This document shows positions 53,945 through 63,255 of a stretch of DNA of 64,000 nt, piece after piece. Both the position numbers and the translations under genes were made by a program. The stretch comes from Candidatus Hydrogenedentota bacterium. GTDB lineage: Bacteria > Hydrogenedentota > Hydrogenedentia > Hydrogenedentales > JAEUWI01. The stretch is from the NCBI GenBank assembly GCA_034669905.1, contig JAXMOL010000043.1, forward strand, positions 1 to 64,000, written 5' to 3'. Under the pieces are notes generated by a model. The model saw only the letters and a program-made list of their open reading frames with translations, searched no databases and was not told where the DNA came from. Numbering within the stretch: position 1 is the stretch's first letter; each line of letters opens with the position of its first letter.

Positions 53945-56392
53945 TTAAACACGGGAACCGGCCTTGATGGCGTCCACTGGACAGGCCACCAGGCAGTAGT
54001 CACATCGTGTGCAAATATCCAAATCAATATGGTGCATCTTAAAGGGGGCCGACTCGATACAATCGACGGGGCAGACCTGGGCGCACTTGGTGCAGCCGAT
54101 GCAATTGTCTTCAACCCAATAGTCGATGAGGGGCTTACACTTGCCTGCCGGGCAACGTCCCTCGATGTGGGCTTCGAACTCTTCACGGAAATACATGAGG
54201 GCGGTGAGTACCGGGTTGGGGGCGGTTTTTCCCAGACCACACAGGCTCTGGCTCTTGACGACCTTACCCAACTCCTCCATCAACTCGATGTCGGACTCTT
54301 TGCCTTCACCCTGGCACAGGCGGGTCAACATTTCTTTCAGGCGCATGGTGCCAATTCGGCAGGGCGAGCACTTGCCACAGGACTCGTCCTGGGTAAAGGA
54401 GAGGAAATAGCGGGCCATTTCGACGATACAGTCCGAGTCGTCGAGCACTACCATCCCGCCGGAACCCATCATGGCACCGATTTCCGCCAGGGCTTCAAAG
54501 TCGACGGGCGTGTCGGCCATGGAAGCGGGGATGACGCCCCCCGAGGGGCCACCCACCAGCATGGCCTTGAACTTGCGCCCATCGGCAATGCCGCCGCCGA
54601 TGTCTTCCACAATCTGGCGGATAGTAATCCCCATGGGCACCTCGATGAGACCCCCGTTTCGGATTTTTCCGGCCAGCGAGAACACCTTGGTGCCCTTGCT
54701 CTTTTCGGTTCCGAGTTTGGCAAATTCTTCGGCACCCTTTCGGACAATCCAGGGGATGACCGCCAGGGTTTCCGTGTTGTTGATAAGCGTGGGGCACTCG
54801 TAGAGTCCCGAGATCGCGGGGTAGGGAGGACGCATGGTGGGCATGCCCCGCTTCCCTTCGAGGGAGGCAATGAGGGCTGTTTCTTCGCCACAGACGAAGG
54901 CCCCCGCACCTTCCTTTACCCGAAGGTGGAGGTTGTGTCCCGAGCCGAGGAAGTTGTCGCCCAGGATCCCGGCTTTCATGCAGTCGTCAATGGCCCGTCG
55001 CATCTGCTTGGTGGCCAAGGGGTATTCGGCCCGAATGTAGAGGATACCCTCGTCGGAGCCCACGGCCAGAGCACTGATGATCATGCCCTCAATCACCCGG
55101 TAGGCGTAGGACTCCAGAATCATGCGGTCCATGAAGGCCCCGGGATCGCCCTCGTCACCGTTGCAGATGATGTATTTCTTGTTTTTCGGGTTGGGCGCGT
55201 CATGGACGAACTGCCACTTTTTGCCCGTGGGGAAACCGGCCCCACCGCGTCCGCGCAGACCGCTGTTCATGATTTCATCGATGATGCGTTGGGGAGACCA
55301 GGCGGCCTCACTCCGGGGCAAATCCTTCAGGGAGGTGCCGGCATGGCGGGCCATCAGGATGCTGCCGTTTACTTTGCCGAAGAGGCACCGCTCGACCGCC
55401 GCAAAGCCACCCTTCCGCATGTACTCATCCAGATCGTGGGGGTCGATTTCACCGTGATGCTCGGTGGCGATGTGCATCTGGTTGCCCAGGAAGGCCGTCA
55501 CCTGTTCATCGCGAACCGTGCCGTCGTGTCGGGAAACCCGCTGCTCACCCCCGTGGACATCTACATAGAGATTGTCTGCCCAGCGCAGTGCGGTGGAGCG
55601 GAGGCGGGACAGGGCGTTCTGGGGTTTAAAATGTTTCGCAATGATATCCGGAATATCATCGGTGGTAACCCGGAGATACATGGTTGGCTCTTTGCCTTCT
55701 TCCACGATCTCCAGCACGGGCACCTGGTGGCACATGTGGACGCAACTTACGTGTTTAACGGGCACGGTGGATTCAATGCCTGCGAGGGCCATTTCCACGG
55801 CCGCATCGATGCGATCGGTACCACCGGCGACGCAGCAGGAATCCAGACCGATGCGAATCTCGGTGCCATTCTCGACGACCTTTCGCGCGATGGCGCTCTG
55901 GTCGTTGTCCTTGTCTTTCTCCCGCTGTTCGAAATCACGCATGGTGGCGTCGATGGACTCGGGGCCGACGTTTGCATAGGTGACCCCGTCAATTTGCACG
56001 GCGGGGGCCAGGGAACAACATCCGATACAGGCCACTTTCTGAATCGTATAGTTGCCGTCGTCGTCGGTGTCCGCGCCCTTCTTCAAATTGAGGTGATCGG
56101 ACAGGGCCTCGTGGACATCTTCGGCTCCCTTCACGTGGCACGCGGTGCCGTCGCAGAGACTGATGACGTGGTTGCCCACGGGGTCGCGCCGAAACTGGGA
56201 ATAGAAAGTGGCTACGCCCTCTATGGTCGCGGGGGTAATGTCGGTGAGTTCACAGACCCGCTCCAACGCTTCGCCGGGCAGGTAGCGATACTCGGTCTGA
56301 ATCGCCTGCAGGATTGGGATGACCGCTTCGGGGCCCCGTCCCTGCTGATCCACGATCGCGTCTATATGGGTGATATCCAAAGTCTCGGCCAT
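53945..56392 (-). CDS. NuoE-NuoF fusion (HydC/HydB-like NADH diaphorase) with extra thioredoxin-like 2Fe-2S and C-terminal 2x[4Fe-4S]
   Basis: CDGTACH..ACIGCC; SCCVAGG..SCVHMC; SGLRGRGGAGFPTGKKW; NGDEGDPGAFMDR; GAFVCGEET; ESCGKCSPCRIG; CIGCTKCAQVCP; CTRCDYCLVACP. Confidence 0.93.
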   Translation of the reverse strand: MAETLDITHIDAIVDQQGRGPEAVIPILQAIQTEYRYLPGEALERVCELTDITPATIEGVATFYSQFRRDPVGNHVISLCDGTACHVKGAEDVHEALSDHLNLKKGADTDDDGNYTIQKVACIGCCSLAPAVQIDGVTYANVGPESIDATMRDFEQREKDKDNDQSAIARKVVENGTEIRIGLDSCCVAGGTDRIDAAVEMALAGIESTVPVKHVSCVHMCHQVPVLEIVEEGKEPTMYLRVTTDDIPDIIAKHFKPQNALSRLRSTALRWADNLYVDVHGGEQRVSRHDGTVRDEQVTAFLGNQMHIATEHHGEIDPHDLDEYMRKGGFAAVERCLFGKVNGSILMARHAGTSLKDLPRSEAAWSPQRIIDEIMNSGLRGRGGAGFPTGKKWQFVHDAPNPKNKKYIICNGDEGDPGAFMDRMILESYAYRVIEGMIISALAVGSDEGILYIRAEYPLATKQMRRAIDDCMKAGILGDNFLGSGHNLHLRVKEGAGAFVCGEETALIASLEGKRGMPTMRPPYPAISGLYECPTLINNTETLAVIPWIVRKGAEEFAKLGTEKSKGTKVFSLAGKIRNGGLIEVPMGITIRQIVEDIGGGIADGRKFKAMLVGGPSGGVIPASMADTPVDFEALAEIGAMMGSGGMVVLDDSDCIVEMARYFLSFTQDESCGKCSPCRIGTMRLKEMLTRLCQGEGKESDIELMEELGKVVKSQSLCGLGKTAPNPVLTALMYFREEFEAHIEGRCPAGKCKPLIDYWVEDNCIGCTKCAQVCPVDCIESAPFKMHHIDLDICTRCDYCLVACPVDAIKAGSRV

Positions 56393-58146
56393 CAGGATGC
56401 CTCAATGCAGTAGAGTTGCGATTCGGTCCGAATGTAAATGCGTCCATCCATGAACGCCGGGGTCGCATAGACGGGCTCGCCCATGTCAATGGCGCCCAGG
56501 CGTTCAAAGGTGTCGCCCGCGCGCACGATATGCATTATACCGGCCATATCGCCCAGATAAATGCGGTCGCCCACGAGAATGGGGGAGGAATAGAAGCCTT
56601 CGTCCATCTCTTCGACCCAGCGCTCTTCGCCGGTGGCGGCATCGAGACAGACAAAGTCGCCGATGGCGGTGCCGAAGTAGAAGTGGGTGCCGTCCCCGAC
56701 GGGGCTCGAGACCTCGGGAAGCAATTCATCGAATTGCCAGGTGACCTCGGTTTCGATGGCTTCGGCGGTGCCCCCCAAGGTGATACCAGAGGCCACCGCA
56801 TATTCGTTGGCGACGAAGACCATGCCATTGGCATAGGCGGGCGAGGGAGCCACTTCACCGCCGAGGCATTGCTCAGACCAGAGAAGGGTGCCCGTTGCCG
56901 GGGCATAGGCATCGGCGTTTTCTTCGGAACTTAAGATGAGTTGGGGGCCGAGCGTGGTCTGCGCCAGGATGGGGGAGGCCCAGGAAATCTTTTCACGGGG
57001 CGTGCTCCACACTTCTTTGCCCGTCGCGATATCAAGCCCCAGGAGCTTGCCGTCTTCCGACTGGTCGTACTGGACGAAAAGCAGGTTGTCATACGCGATA
57101 AGGGACGAAGAGTGACCATAGTGGTTTTCGGGGAGTCCCAGGTTGAAGCCCCACATCTGCTCGCCGTCGCGATCGAGCGCCACCAGGTCGCCGTTGGCAA
57201 AGGTGGCAAATACCTGGCTGCCATGGGCCACCATGGTGCAGGCTGCGAAGCCCGTATCTTCCATCACATCGAGATCGCCTGTCGGCGTATTGGGCAGGGG
57301 GGCCAGCGTGGTGGTCCAGAGGAGCTCACCGCTGTTGACGTCGTAGCAATAGACTTCCCGCTTCTCCGCGTCGGCACCGGCCATGTAGAGCCGGTCACCC
57401 CAGACGACGGGCGAGTTGTTGCCGGGCATGGGCGATTCCACTTTCCATAACACATTGGTGCCCGCTTCCACATCCCACGTTTCGGGGGCCGTGGTGTAGT
57501 GGGCAACCGCATTGGAGCCGGGCCCCCGGAAGCTGGGCCATTCCATCTGGATTTCTTCCCAGGTGGGCGGGACAATGAGGATATCGGGCGTCGACTCCGC
57601 GGCGCTATCCGCTTCCGAAGTGGTATTCTTCGCTTCGAGCAATTCTTCCGTGAGGGCGCTCTCGGTAAAATACGATGTCATCATACCTCCCGCCAGCAAT
57701 CCGACGCCCGCCCAGGTAATCAGGTTTCGCGATTGGGCGTAGGCCAGAAACTCTTTGTTGGCTGTTGGCTCATGATTTATGTCGGGCAGTTCGGGACGCC
57801 AGCGAATCATGTTCTTGAAGGCGATCAGAAACGTGCATACACAAACCAGCAGCGTCCAGGCGCCGATTCGCAAATGGGTCTGGCTCGTGAAAAAGGCCTT
57901 TCGGGTCATGAGGTCCAGATCCCGAATGCGCTGGGCCAGGGCCAGGTCCTTTTCCGGCAGGTTGGCGTACTCCATACGCATCTGGGTCAACAATTCATGA
58001 TTCACCGGATCGAGGCGTTGAATCTGCAGATAGTTCACCAGAAGCAGAATAAACACCAAGAGCGAAAAAAAGCCCGATACAATCGTTACCGTGGTAGAGA
58101 GACGCCAAATGAAGTCGCTCTTGTCAAACTCCTTTTTTTCTAACAT
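56392..58146 (-). CDS. PQQ-like/BamB beta-propeller with a 3-TM N-terminal anchor
   Basis: Three hydrophobic segments, then WPSFRGP and propeller repeats; stop overlaps the next ATG by 1 nt. Confidence 0.9.
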   Translation of the reverse strand: MLEKKEFDKSDFIWRLSTTVTIVSGFFSLLVFILLLVNYLQIQRLDPVNHELLTQMRMEYANLPEKDLALAQRIRDLDLMTRKAFFTSQTHLRIGAWTLLVCVCTFLIAFKNMIRWRPELPDINHEPTANKEFLAYAQSRNLITWAGVGLLAGGMMTSYFTESALTEELLEAKNTTSEADSAAESTPDILIVPPTWEEIQMEWPSFRGPGSNAVAHYTTAPETWDVEAGTNVLWKVESPMPGNNSPVVWGDRLYMAGADAEKREVYCYDVNSGELLWTTTLAPLPNTPTGDLDVMEDTGFAACTMVAHGSQVFATFANGDLVALDRDGEQMWGFNLGLPENHYGHSSSLIAYDNLLFVQYDQSEDGKLLGLDIATGKEVWSTPREKISWASPILAQTTLGPQLILSSEENADAYAPATGTLLWSEQCLGGEVAPSPAYANGMVFVANEYAVASGITLGGTAEAIETEVTWQFDELLPEVSSPVGDGTHFYFGTAIGDFVCLDAATGEERWVEEMDEGFYSSPILVGDRIYLGDMAGIMHIVRAGDTFERLGAIDMGEPVYATPAFMDGRIYIRTESQLYCIEAS

Positions 58147-58155
58147 TCTCGGGTA

Positions 58156-59418
58156 CTACGCTCCTTCTTCAACGGGGCAATAGGGATAACAACGCCCGCA
58201 ACTGAAGCAGGTCTCTTTGTGGGGTTCGTAAATCCGGCGTTTCTTGACGACCGAAAGTTCTACCAGCTTGATGCTGATAATCAGGGCCATGAAGGCACCC
58301 AGCAGGGCACTCCCGATCTTAAACTGTTCTTTAATCGCCAGCGACTCGATGTGCAATTCCGCCGCTGTCTTGCCTTCTACCCGAAAGGTTTCGGTTTCGA
58401 GGATGGATTCCTGAACGAGTTTGCGATCCTCCTTGGCGATGCGCTCACTCAGGCTGACCGTGGGGTGCATGTGGGAAAGGGGCTCGTACATCATGTAGCC
58501 GCCCAGCGCACCGAGCAGAATGAAGAGGGGGCTGAGGAACAACAGCTTACGTACCCGCCGTTTGCCTTCCGCCGGATCGCCCACAAGGTGCTGGGGCGTG
58601 GGCATGTCGATGGCATTGTACGGGCAGGAGTCCTCACAGAGGCGACATTCCACACAGGGGGAGGGGGGAATTTCCAGGTGGTGCTTGGAAAAGCGGGACA
58701 TCCACCCCAGCAAAACGCCGTAGGGACAGAGGAAGCGGCAATAGGGTCGGGCAATGAATACCCCGATAAGGAGAATCAGCGCCGCTGCGATGAGCATGGA
58801 ATAGTTGTCGGCCATACGGTAAATGCGGACGAAGGGATCGTATCGGCAGATGAAGAAGCCTGAGCCCGTGGCCACGCCGAGGGTGGCCAGACCGAGGTAG
58901 AGGTACTTGCCGAGCCCCAGCACGCGTTCCAATGCGGGCGAAATGCGGATGGGCGCAATGGCCACCAACTCCTGCATGGCACCCAGCGGGCAGACCGAGG
59001 CACAAAAGACCCGGCCGAAGAAGAGCGAAAAGAGGAGGGGCAGCACGAAGAAGGCCACGATAATCCAGGAGACCCCCACGTTGGGGAGGAACACGGCCGC
59101 CATCACGTTTTGGGTAGAGCCCACCGGACAGATACATCCCTGTCGGTAGAAACCGAAGAACAACAAAGAAAACACGCTGATGGCGAAAAGTCCACGGCGG
59201 GAGCGGGCCTTGAAGACCATCCACGTTGTCGCAGACAGGGCCGCAAAGAGGATCAAGGCTTCCCACGGCGTGTTGCGCCCGGCTGGCTGGGGCGTAAACA
59301 AATACGGCATGCCATAGTCGGTCTCAAAATCCGGCGGCGCGAATTTCAACTCAATGGCCACGGCCGACTGCAGCAGCAATGTCGAAAGTGTCGCAATGGC
59401 GAGGGATAGATACTTCAT
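58156..59418 (-). CDS. Polytopic membrane 4Fe-4S protein (NapH/MauN/NosR-like)
   Basis: GCICPVG, FCASVCPLG, YCRFLCPYG, CVECRLCEDSCP, C-terminal CFSCGRCYPYCP; start ATG 59418. Confidence 0.88.
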   Translation of the reverse strand: MKYLSLAIATLSTLLLQSAVAIELKFAPPDFETDYGMPYLFTPQPAGRNTPWEALILFAALSATTWMVFKARSRRGLFAISVFSLLFFGFYRQGCICPVGSTQNVMAAVFLPNVGVSWIIVAFFVLPLLFSLFFGRVFCASVCPLGAMQELVAIAPIRISPALERVLGLGKYLYLGLATLGVATGSGFFICRYDPFVRIYRMADNYSMLIAAALILLIGVFIARPYCRFLCPYGVLLGWMSRFSKHHLEIPPSPCVECRLCEDSCPYNAIDMPTPQHLVGDPAEGKRRVRKLLFLSPLFILLGALGGYMMYEPLSHMHPTVSLSERIAKEDRKLVQESILETETFRVEGKTAAELHIESLAIKEQFKIGSALLGAFMALIISIKLVELSVVKKRRIYEPHKETCFSCGRCYPYCPVEEGA

Positions 59419-59420
59419 AG

Positions 59421-59987
59421 TCAGGCCGGGGGATGGGCGAGGTGGGTGTCGCCGGTTAGATACATGTAGGGATCGGATTCCGGCACTTCGCTGAAGCAGT
59501 CGGAAGGACAGGATTTGGCAATGGAACATTCGTTGCAATTGATGCAGATGTCCTGCCGAATCTGGAGGTAGAATGAGCCATTACCGAAGACGAGACAGGC
59601 CTTGACGCACTTGGCGCAGCCGATGCATTTGTCCTCGTGAATCTTATATTCGTAGTAGGGCGCTTCAATGAACTTGCGCTCAATGGCGGCCGTGGGGCAA
59701 AGCTGGTTTTCCGCCCCTGTATCGAGATCCCGGGAGCCGGGCTGCAGGTAGCCAAAGCACAGATCACAGTAGCCGCAAATGTCGAACTGATTCAGGCACT
59801 TGACCGCACTGGGATTGAGTACGCAGTGGGTGGTACAACGACCGCACTGGGTGCACTTGGCCGGATCCAGCTGCCAGTATTTCGCTTCCGCCTTTTGACC
59901 GACGGCCATCCAGGTCGCCCCGGTGAAAGTAAAGGCGGCCGCACTGCGCATGAAATCACGCCTGTCGAGTTTTTTTCGCTCGCTCAT
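59421..59987 (-). CDS. Polyferredoxin with twin-arginine signal (NapG/MauM-like role)
   Basis: DRRDFMRS...AEA; CTQCGRC, CGYCDLC, CIGCAKC, CINCNEC. Confidence 0.85.
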   Translation of the reverse strand: MSERKKLDRRDFMRSAAAFTFTGATWMAVGQKAEAKYWQLDPAKCTQCGRCTTHCVLNPSAVKCLNQFDICGYCDLCFGYLQPGSRDLDTGAENQLCPTAAIERKFIEAPYYEYKIHEDKCIGCAKCVKACLVFGNGSFYLQIRQDICINCNECSIAKSCPSDCFSEVPESDPYMYLTGDTHLAHPPA

Positions 59988-60183
59988 CGGGCTCGAGTCC
60001 TTTCTCCGGCAGGCTGCAGGAATGGTTGGCCCAACATTCGGCACAGAGGGTGGTGGTTTCAAAACACTCTTCCGGTGTCCTGGTGCCATGCATGGCCGCG
60101 ACGCCCAAGCCGCCCATGCCCAGGATCGCGCCCCGGCGGAACAAACGTTCCAGGAACTCTTGTCGGTTGATCGACGTTTTCAT
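59956..60183 (-). CDS. Small Cys-rich membrane/Tat-like protein
   Basis: INRQEFL...GAILGMGGLGVAA then C-X6-C-X2-C-X5-C; AAGG SD; overlaps the next gene. Confidence 0.65.
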   Translation of the reverse strand: MKTSINRQEFLERLFRRGAILGMGGLGVAAMHGTRTPEECFETTTLCAECWANHSCSLPEKGLEPDERAKKTRQA

Positions 60184-60255
60184 AAGACACACCTTATGTT
60201 GCACTACCGCACCGCGAAGCGCGGTGCCAAATCGGAGATGCCAGACTCCGATACG

Positions 60256-61272
60256 CTATTTTGCTGCTTGCTTGCTGGCCAGGGTGGTGCGGGTTTGCTC
60301 AAATATCCGCACCGCCTTCTTTCGGGGGTCGAGGACCAGAATCCGGTCGGAAGCATCGACGACCATATCGCCGATAGATTGGGGGACGTGGAAGGCACTG
60401 GACCCCACCACGAGCTCTTCAAAGCTCCCCGAAGTGACTTCAAAAATCTTAATGCGTACGGGCCCTTTTTCACCGGTCACCAATCGTCCCTTGCTGTTAA
60501 AGGCGATTTGCATGGGATTGCAGCATCCGGAGAAGCTGTCCAGCCGGGTGACATCGGGGCGGTACCAGGTCGTTACGATATCGCCATTCTCCCGGTAGCG
60601 CTCCAGGCCGAGCTTGCCGGGATTGACCACCCACAGATTGCCCTCGTTGTCGAAGGCCACATCAAAGTGGGCGCTGGGCGCTTCCAGGCCGGGGATATCG
60701 CGCGCTTCGTCGGCTTTGCCAAAGCTGTCCAACACGTTACCCTCATAATCGACCCGAAGTACGAGGCGGCTCCCGCCGTCTGCCAGGAAGACGTTTTCTT
60801 CACTGGCCGCCATGGCAGAGATGTGGGTGCGCTCAGAGAGGTCGCTCCACGTGGCCAGGGGGCTACGGTCCGGGCCGAGGACCAGTACCCGGTCTCCCAG
60901 ACCGACCAGCAGCTTGTTGTCCGGGGTCAGTTCGAGACACGTGGGGGTGCCGTCAATGTCGATACGGGAAGTTTCTTTGCCGGTGCTGTCGAAGACCGCG
61001 ATGGTGTTTTCGCCGGAGATGTAGAGATTGCCGTCGGCATCCGTTTCCAACGCCTTGGCCTGGTCGAAATCCGGGACGATCTGTCCGGTCTCTTCGAAGG
61101 CGGTCTCTACCTCATCGATCTCAAGGAGTTCCGAAATGTCATATTCGAGGTTGGGACCTGGTTCGGGGAACTTTTCTTCTTTGGAGACCAGGTGGAAATA
61201 GGCCCCGACGACGCATGCGATCGCTACACCAACCAGGTAGGGGTGTTTGGTTCTGCGTACCGGTTCTTTCAT
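60256..61272 (-). CDS. Membrane-anchored NHL-repeat beta-propeller with GCCNP motif
   Basis: N-terminal TM; DGNLYIS, FLADGG, LWVVNPG, FSGCCNP. Confidence 0.85.
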   Translation of the reverse strand: MKEPVRRTKHPYLVGVAIACVVGAYFHLVSKEEKFPEPGPNLEYDISELLEIDEVETAFEETGQIVPDFDQAKALETDADGNLYISGENTIAVFDSTGKETSRIDIDGTPTCLELTPDNKLLVGLGDRVLVLGPDRSPLATWSDLSERTHISAMAASEENVFLADGGSRLVLRVDYEGNVLDSFGKADEARDIPGLEAPSAHFDVAFDNEGNLWVVNPGKLGLERYRENGDIVTTWYRPDVTRLDSFSGCCNPMQIAFNSKGRLVTGEKGPVRIKIFEVTSGSFEELVVGSSAFHVPQSIGDMVVDASDRILVLDPRKKAVRIFEQTRTTLASKQAAK

Positions 61273-61293
61273 GGTCCTACTTCCTTGATTGCG

Positions 61294-62760
61294 CTAGGCG
61301 CCCACGTCAACACACACTAAGTTATTCATATCCCGCAACAAGATGCGGTCACCGGCAATGGCGATGGGTCCCCAGGCGTCGTGACCGTGTAATACCTGGG
61401 CTTCGCCGAGCTGGCGATACTCCTGGCTGGCCCCGTCGATCATGGTGAACTTTCCGTCGTCATCCAGTATATAGAACTTGTTGTCCGCCAGCAAAAAAGG
61501 CCCCAGACCAAAGCGGTTATCATTTCCGCTGGACCAGACCAGGTTGCCGTCGGTGTCGTAGCAGACGAATTGCCCCTTCAGCGGCCCGGCATCTTTGGGC
61601 ATGATGCTGTAGAGCAGTCCGTCGTGAAAGATGGGGGTCTGTTGCTCACAGGCAAGCCCTTCTTCCGGACTCGTGCGGAAGAGGGTGTCCACCGTGTAAC
61701 CCCCTGCACCGTCTTCTTCCAGCTGGAGCATCATGGCCCCCGTGCTGTAGCCTGCCGTTACGAAAATCTTGTCGTCCCCGGCGACGACCGGGGAGGGGGC
61801 CACCACTTTGGCTTCCCAGGAAACATCCCACAGGAGCTTGCCGGCATCGGGGCCGTCGGCCGCCACCCCCGCCACGCCGCCGATGGCGCTGTAGACATAC
61901 ATGTTGCGCCCCAGCAGGGTCATGGGGATGATGGAGGAGTGGGACATGTTCCACCCACGGGGATTGGGGCACGTCCAGGCGATTTCACCGGTTTCACAAC
62001 TGATGGACATCATAAGGACGTCGGTACCGGCAGGGGCGACAATCACGTGGTCGTCCACAATGGGCGGACACTGACCGGCATACCAGAGGGGCTCTTTGGT
62101 GCCATAGTCGCGCTGGAGATCGTAACCCCACCGGAAGTCACCGGTTTCCCGATCGAGGCAAACGACATGACATTTGGGCCCCATGGTCACAATGTACTTG
62201 TCGGTGACGGCGGGGATGGTGCGCGACATGCCGTGGTTGCGCTTGATCTTAATCTCATAGGAGCGGCGCCAGATTTCTTTGCCATCGGCCAGGGAGAGGG
62301 CACGAAGGGAATCCGCCCGGCCGTCCACGTCATAATCCATTAAATAGACGATGCCGTCATAGACCGCCGGGGCCGCATAGCCATCACCAATGGGGATTTG
62401 CCAGGCAATTTCGGGGCCACTATCGCCCCAGGAATCGGCCAGGGCAGGCCCATCGGTTACGATATTATCGGAATTCGGACCGCGAAATTGGGTCCACCGG
62501 CCCGGCAAATCGGCGGGGATGCCGTCGGAGGCGATGAATACCCCGGAAAGTTCCGGCCCGGAATTCTCCAGCCCGGTGCGTTGGGGGAAGCCGTCCGTAC
62601 CGGGGATCTGGGTCTCAATGACCATTACCGGCGCACTGACCAGCCAATAGGCTATGGCGCACATGCCCGCTAACGTGAGGAAAAGGGCGGTGCCGGTCAT
62701 GGCATAGACGTTGGCCTTGCGATTGTCATCAAGGGACGTGATATCGAATGACATGTTCAT
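61294..62760 (-). CDS. Membrane-anchored PQQ-like/BamB beta-propeller
   Basis: TM; WTQFRGP; KRNHGMSRT; PLWYAGQCP; first gene of the redox operon. Confidence 0.9.
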   Translation of the reverse strand: MNMSFDITSLDDNRKANVYAMTGTALFLTLAGMCAIAYWLVSAPVMVIETQIPGTDGFPQRTGLENSGPELSGVFIASDGIPADLPGRWTQFRGPNSDNIVTDGPALADSWGDSGPEIAWQIPIGDGYAAPAVYDGIVYLMDYDVDGRADSLRALSLADGKEIWRRSYEIKIKRNHGMSRTIPAVTDKYIVTMGPKCHVVCLDRETGDFRWGYDLQRDYGTKEPLWYAGQCPPIVDDHVIVAPAGTDVLMMSISCETGEIAWTCPNPRGWNMSHSSIIPMTLLGRNMYVYSAIGGVAGVAADGPDAGKLLWDVSWEAKVVAPSPVVAGDDKIFVTAGYSTGAMMLQLEEDGAGGYTVDTLFRTSPEEGLACEQQTPIFHDGLLYSIMPKDAGPLKGQFVCYDTDGNLVWSSGNDNRFGLGPFLLADNKFYILDDDGKFTMIDGASQEYRQLGEAQVLHGHDAWGPIAIAGDRILLRDMNNLVCVDVGA

Positions 62761-63255
62761 GGATAGGGGAGTCGTTCCTATTTACCGTGGTACTGCAAAG
62801 GATACCCGCCGCAATGACTTGTGCCTGTATGCGTCGGACACCGTGCCCCATATGGTTTACAAGGTCTAAGAATATCCAATAGATACAACAATTTTAGTGT
62901 CTATTCCATTCCCGATCAATCTTTCCCCGAAGCGTGGGGACACCGACGCACGGGAGGGGCCTGGCGTCAGGCACGACACCACGCTCCCCCGCACATAGTT
63001 ATTCGCGATGGATGCAAAAAAGTGTGCATCGGGCGTAGAAAAACCGAGTAAATCACGGGTGTTTGTCTGCTTTTATCCCTGCGCTTTAGCGTCGCCCATG
63101 GCGTATAATGAATGGAGTACCCGCGGCAATGCGGCGTTCGGGATTTGTTTTGTGTCTTAAGTGACTGTAAATAAGCAGGTTAGGTGGGTGGATTCATAAG
63201 CGGGAGTTGTGCTTTACCTCACGGGCGACTCCGTCCTGCCGAAAGGGGCCGCCAC

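Noticed and set aside
53945..56392. Annotation as respiratory complex I (nuoEF) or as a hydrogenase/formate dehydrogenase
   Set aside because: No other nuo genes and no H-cluster, NiFe or molybdopterin domain in the window, so no gene symbol is assigned
54029..56413. 794-aa plus-strand ORF and other long antisense ORFs (e.g. 14578-16149, 52440-53948, 59923-61320, 19369-20712, 12306-13502, 42k-43k)
   Set aside because: They mirror well-supported genes on the opposite strand and lack motifs; expected shadow ORFs from high-GC codon bias
63050..63250. Plus-strand TATAAT and short hairpins suggesting an ncRNA/tRNA, and ORF 63184-63720
   Set aside because: No tRNA cloverleaf or recognisable RNA family; the ORF is antisense to 63256-63930
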